Assembly: GCA_038872135.1 (NCBI GenBank)
Contig: JAVZGN010000017.1
Location: 2,668-22,346 of the forward strand
Length of the DNA: 19,679 nt
Direction: 5' to 3'
Source: Candidatus Hadarchaeales archaeon
GTDB taxonomy: Archaea > Hadarchaeota > Hadarchaeia > Hadarchaeales > Hadarchaeaceae
The position numbers were made by a program, and so were the translations under genes. Of this stretch, positions 15,624 to 19,679 are shown one piece after another. The notes below the pieces were generated by a model that searched no databases, was not told where the DNA came from, and saw nothing but the letters and a program-made list of their open reading frames with translations. Position 1 is the stretch's first letter. Every line of letters starts with the position of its first letter.

Positions 15624-17675
15624 TCACTGAGAAGATTTTTCCGGATAGGGAGTTGTTTCAATCATTACTGGGCTTTCTCCCACAGGCTCTCTGAGGATAG
15701 CAATTCTCGCCTCCTCGGCAACCTCTGCAACCGGCAGGGGGAGGTTTGCCAGCTGGTGAAGAACTTCGGCCGCTTGCAGAATCCCCCTCTGGAGATCCCC
15801 TTCCTCCGCCGATGATCTTCTCACCAGCTCAGCCCACTCCACTTCTCCCTCCGCCCACCTGAGGAGAGCGCCGGCCATCATGGTAGCAGAGCTTTTTCTC
15901 CCGCCTTCGAAGGCTTCTCCAAAGTTCGATCGCTCAACACCATGGATCTTTTCAAGGGCGTCAAGCTCAAAGGCTATTTTTGCCAGCGGCTTCAGGTTTA
16001 CCGTTGCAACAAGATTTCGTGGAGCTCTTTCAGCGACAACAGCCCCCGCCCATCCCGCCATCTCTTCTGCTGTGAGATTTTCCATCAGGCCCCGCTTGAG
16101 CGCCTCGGTGATTAGAAGTGATCTCTCAACCCTTACCATCGCCGCCCACTTTCCGATGGTTGTGAGTTTCCATTCATCATCAAGGTATCCAAGTCTCCTC
16201 AGGATGGTGGCCTTCGCCATGAACTCAGACTTCAGCCTCCTCTCCACCACCTCAGCCTTTTTCCTGCTTCGCCGGTGAGTCTGGAAAACAGCGAGACTTT
16301 TGCCCACCACTTCCAGGGCATCCTTCATCTCCATTCCCGAGAGAAGGTTCAAAATCTGATAATACTGGACCCTGAAAGCAGAAAACAGCTCTTCAGGAGC
16401 GCTTTTCGCAAGCTCTTCAGCCATCCTAATATCCGCAGGGCTGTGGGGAATCACAAGCACAAAGCCAACCTTGTCTTTTCCCCTCCTCCCAGCTCTCCCG
16501 GTCATCTGGTGGAATTCTAGGGCGCTCAGCGGCCTCTCCCCTTTTTTGTCTCCGACCCAGAGGGTCGGCAGGACAACGCTTCTGGCCGGAACATCAAGCC
16601 CGGCGGCCAAGGTTGTTGTGGCGAAGACAACATTCACAAGACCGGCGGCCAGCATCCTCTCGACGGCAATCTTCCAGGCGGTGATGTGCCCGGCGTGATG
16701 AGGAGCAACACCCCCGTTTATGAGAATTTTAGCCATGGGATGATTTGAAATCCAGGGATATGCTTTTGCAAGCTCGGAGAACATTCCGCTTCTTTCATTT
16801 CTCCCATCAGCCACGACATTTCTGAAGGATAGAGCTGCAAGATCGCAGTCCCTCCTCCTCGGGAGAAAAATTATGGCAGGCAGTAGATCGAGAGAATCAA
16901 GCATTCTTGCAGTTTTTACCGGGTCAAAGAACCTCCAGAACAGCCTCCGCCCTCTTCTGGGTAATCTAATACCCAGTGGGAGAGCCCTTCCCGAAGAGTC
17001 AAGCATCCCATACCTAAGGGGCACAGGTCTTTCCTCCGGCGGTACGGAAATCAGGGTTGGAGCTTTTCCCCTCACTTCAGCCATCCAATCGGCGATTTCC
17101 TCAGCATTGGCAATGGTTGCCGAAAGCAGGAGGAGGCGGACATCGGGAGGGCTGAAGATGATTATCTCCTCCCAAGTGACTCCCCTCTCTTCCTCTCCTA
17201 TGTAATGGGCTTCGTCCAGAACCACAATCTTTGCATCAGCCTTCCCCTCATAGAGGCGATTCCGGAAAATCTCTGTTGTGGCAACAAGCACTTGGGCGTC
17301 AGGATTTTCCTGTCTCTCCCCTGTCAGTAGCCCAACCCTCCCTTCCCCAAAGATTTCTCTGAATCTATCATACTTCTGGTTGCTGAGAGCTTTAAGGGGA
17401 GTAGTGTACCAGCACCGCCCCCCAATCTTTAGAAATCTCTCAATGGCTTTTTCAGCGATCCAAGTCTTCCCGCTCCCCGTTGGCGCAACAACAATCGTGT
17501 CATTTTCAACAACAGAAGCGAGAGCTCTACTCTGGAATGGTGAGGGGACAAATGGCTGGGGTTCAGGCTCTCCAAGTCCTTTAAGGAATTCCTCAGCAAT
17601 TCTGTCAAGATGTTTCAATTCTATCCCCGAAACCTCAACCAGCTCAGACCTTCCCGAGTGATTCCTGCTTTTCAA
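15624..17675 (-). CDS. Ski2-like SF2 helicase, HelY/Ski2/Mtr4 type, with a DSHCT-like C-terminus
   Basis: [65 protein letters not shown] near the C-terminus; start uncertain (TTG 17675 or TTG 17618). Confidence 0.9.
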   Translation of the reverse strand: MKSRNHSGRSELVEVSGIELKHLDRIAEEFLKGLGEPEPQPFVPSPFQSRALASVVENDTIVVAPTGSGKTWIAEKAIERFLKIGGRCWYTTPLKALSNQKYDRFREIFGEGRVGLLTGERQENPDAQVLVATTEIFRNRLYEGKADAKIVVLDEAHYIGEEERGVTWEEIIIFSPPDVRLLLLSATIANAEEIADWMAEVRGKAPTLISVPPEERPVPLRYGMLDSSGRALPLGIRLPRRGRRLFWRFFDPVKTARMLDSLDLLPAIIFLPRRRDCDLAALSFRNVVADGRNERSGMFSELAKAYPWISNHPMAKILINGGVAPHHAGHITAWKIAVERMLAAGLVNVVFATTTLAAGLDVPARSVVLPTLWVGDKKGERPLSALEFHQMTGRAGRRGKDKVGFVLVIPHSPADIRMAEELAKSAPEELFSAFRVQYYQILNLLSGMEMKDALEVVGKSLAVFQTHRRSRKKAEVVERRLKSEFMAKATILRRLGYLDDEWKLTTIGKWAAMVRVERSLLITEALKRGLMENLTAEEMAGWAGAVVAERAPRNLVATVNLKPLAKIAFELDALEKIHGVERSNFGEAFEGGRKSSATMMAGALLRWAEGEVEWAELVRRSSAEEGDLQRGILQAAEVLHQLANLPLPVAEVAEEARIAILREPVGESPVMIETTPYPEKSSQ

Positions 17676-18744
17676 CTTCCTTCAGCTTTGCAGGCAGATA
17701 CTCATTCACAACATAGGGCAATCCATATTTCGCGAAGGCCTGCTGCTCAGCCTTTTTCCCAATTTCCATCATCTTCTTTATCTCAGACTGCCAGAATTCA
17801 GTGTTATACCTCGGATCCTTCTGCAGCTGCTTCAATCTCGCTATATCAAGCTCCCTTAGTTTGTCTGTGGGAAGGGAGTAGTTGACGATGTCGCTGGCTG
17901 TAACCCCTATGAACTTTGCATCCGGGACAGCCAGCTCATGGTTGATGTAGGCAAGCTTTGCACTCCCGGAGATTATCACCATCGCTATGTGAAAGCCGAA
18001 TGGGTCTCCGTCCGTGAAAAGATAGACTGGCAAACCAAGCTCTTCATTAGCTCTTTTGAGGAAGCGCCTGGTGGCCCTAGCGGCCTGACCCTTCAGCCCA
18101 ACTATTAGGGCGTTGAATTTTTTCCAAGCTTCCTCCTGTACAAACCTATGATACATTCCCATAGTTTCAATTGCAATTATCCTCTTCGCCTTGCATTTCA
18201 CAAATTCAACATCATCTATCGTCGGAGGAATCGTGTATCCTCCTCTTCCCGCCTTTGTTGCATCGATTGTGACATCATCTTCCTTCACCACAAGCTCCCC
18301 ATAGACGGCCGCCCCATCTTCTTCCGGCATTAAACCCAGATTCTCCCTCTTCAGAGAAAAAGCGGCTTCGAGGTCCTCAACTATTAAATCTGACTCAGAC
18401 TGGTCCGCAAATGGCCCAGTTTCCCACCCCTCCCCCACGTAGTACATCTCCCTGAGCGTGGCAAACTTTCCACTCTCGATGAGCTCTCTCGCAAAATCCG
18501 CCGTGCAGAGGAGCTGGGCCAGCTTCTTCACCTGCTTCACGCTTGCGGCCGACCTGATGCTAAACTGAGGTCCGAGGACATAGAACCGATGCTTTTCATC
18601 ATAGATGATGTTTGAGGTGCTTCTCGACGGTATCTTTAGCTTTGGCGGTTTCCCCGCTTCGATATCCTTCACTATCTCCTTCCCAAGGAGGGTCAGCTTC
18701 TCCCTAGCTTTTTTCCTCGAGGTGATTTCAACCTTCTTCGGCAT
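17644..18744 (-). CDS. top6A: DNA topoisomerase VI subunit A
   Basis: Catalytic Tyr region TLREMYY, QSESD..VEDLE, TOPRIM motifs IETMG, KGQ, TDGDPFG, KAEQQA; GGTGA SD before ATG 18744. Confidence 0.96.
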   Translation of the reverse strand: MPKKVEITSRKKAREKLTLLGKEIVKDIEAGKPPKLKIPSRSTSNIIYDEKHRFYVLGPQFSIRSAASVKQVKKLAQLLCTADFARELIESGKFATLREMYYVGEGWETGPFADQSESDLIVEDLEAAFSLKRENLGLMPEEDGAAVYGELVVKEDDVTIDATKAGRGGYTIPPTIDDVEFVKCKAKRIIAIETMGMYHRFVQEEAWKKFNALIVGLKGQAARATRRFLKRANEELGLPVYLFTDGDPFGFHIAMVIISGSAKLAYINHELAVPDAKFIGVTASDIVNYSLPTDKLRELDIARLKQLQKDPRYNTEFWQSEIKKMMEIGKKAEQQAFAKYGLPYVVNEYLPAKLKEVEKQESLGKV

Positions 18745-19678
18745 AGCTTTCACCAACTATCCTCTTAAGCAGACTACTTATGTCTGGAGGTTTAACCCCG
18801 GCGAGCTTTGCAGCCTTGTTTGCTATAACGGGCAGATATTTTTCAAAAACCTGCGCCCTCTCCTTCTTCTCTTTAGACCTGATTTTTCTGAAGAGGTAAC
18901 TCTTCAGCTCCCTCGCAGCCTCCATTATCGCCGCCCTAACCTCCTCGTAAATCTCAGGCTCGTCGGCAACCGATTGCTTTCCAGCGGAGGTGTATGGGAC
19001 ATACGCCGAGGCAATGTTTATCATGAGGGTTACTGGGGCAAGGGCGGGGTCGATGCCATACCTCTTCCAATCAATGCTTCTAGCTGCAGCGGTCATCACA
19101 CAACCCCCCTGGTCGAAGAGAAGTGGGGCCCTGTTTGCAAACCTCAGAAGCTCTATCCCAATTTCCTCAGATTCATTCTCCTTTCCTCTAGCCCCAGCGT
19201 TTCCCCCATACGCAATTCCCACCTCAACTATGAATGGAATCCCGCCCCTGTAGATCTTCGGTGCCCTTGTTATCGCGTGGACAAATTCTGGATTTAAAAT
19301 TTGTTTCATCCCCTCCATGATTGCTGCGGCTCCTATAGGCCTCAGCCCCTCCGCCGATGGTGCAAGAATTTTCACCTTTTTAAATGCAGCGAGAATTTTT
19401 TCAGCATCCTCCCAAGTCATCTCCAGAGGTTTTTTCGTCGGCGGGACACCAGCCAGTTTGCACACTTGATCCGCTTTCTGTTTGCTCACCCTCGAGAGCT
19501 CGGTGGAAAGCATGGTGGAAATAGTTCTCGCCTTTGTGGTCCTAGCAATTGTGATGAGATCGTCTGGTAACATCCCCAGTGGATGGGGGAGCATTGGCAC
19601 AGGCTTCTTTGGAACCTCTTTCACGGCATTTTCAAAAATGGTGAGGGTGCCATCCGGCTCAACAAAGGTTATGCTGAC
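18728..19678 (-). CDS. top6B: DNA topoisomerase VI subunit B (C-terminal part; 5' end outside the window)
   Basis: PHPLG, H2TH region, [37 protein letters not shown]; frame is open to the window edge; overlaps the top6A start. Confidence 0.95.
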   Translation of the reverse strand, partial: VSITFVEPDGTLTIFENAVKEVPKKPVPMLPHPLGMLPDDLITIARTTKARTISTMLSTELSRVSKQKADQVCKLAGVPPTKKPLEMTWEDAEKILAAFKKVKILAPSAEGLRPIGAAAIMEGMKQILNPEFVHAITRAPKIYRGGIPFIVEVGIAYGGNAGARGKENESEEIGIELLRFANRAPLLFDQGGCVMTAAARSIDWKRYGIDPALAPVTLMINIASAYVPYTSAGKQSVADEPEIYEEVRAAIMEAARELKSYLFRKIRSKEKKERAQVFEKYLPVIANKAAKLAGVKPPDISSLLKRIVGESYAEEG

Positions 19679-19679
19679 A

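Noticed and set aside
1-19679. tRNA, rRNA, integrase/transposase or provirus
   Set aside because: No cloverleaf or T-loop signature was seen in the intergenic gaps, and no ORF has recombinase or viral hallmarks

Overview
Archaeal chromosomal window, judged by archaeal-type DnaG, Topo VI A/B, DGGGP synthase, Hjc and TATA-box promoters; a Hadarchaeota-like lineage is only my guess from the style of the surface protein. The left third holds one uninterrupted minus-strand ORF of at least 2027 codons (6082 to beyond position 1) that is absent from the supplied ORF track. It encodes a giant secreted protein with nested domain insertions, an internal PGF-pre-PGF domain and Fn3-like repeats, and it carries two strand-specific hairpins near its 5' end. 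Next come a membrane-anchored coiled-coil protein with periodic cysteines, a secreted thermonuclease, panB plus DGGGP synthase, dnaG, a RimI-family acetyltransferase and an Hjc-like nuclease. An ogg-hemerythrin-MoaD operon follows, divergent from the most striking gene: an in-frame fusion of a tungsten-type aldehyde:ferredoxin oxidoreductase (AOR/FOR family) with a 3-hexulose-6-phosphate synthase (HPS) domain, which suggests a coupled formaldehyde release and oxidation module. The right end holds top6B (partial), top6A and a HelY/Ski2-type helicase. No tRNA, rRNA, CRISPR array or transposase was seen. All family calls come from manual motif recognition; no searches were run.
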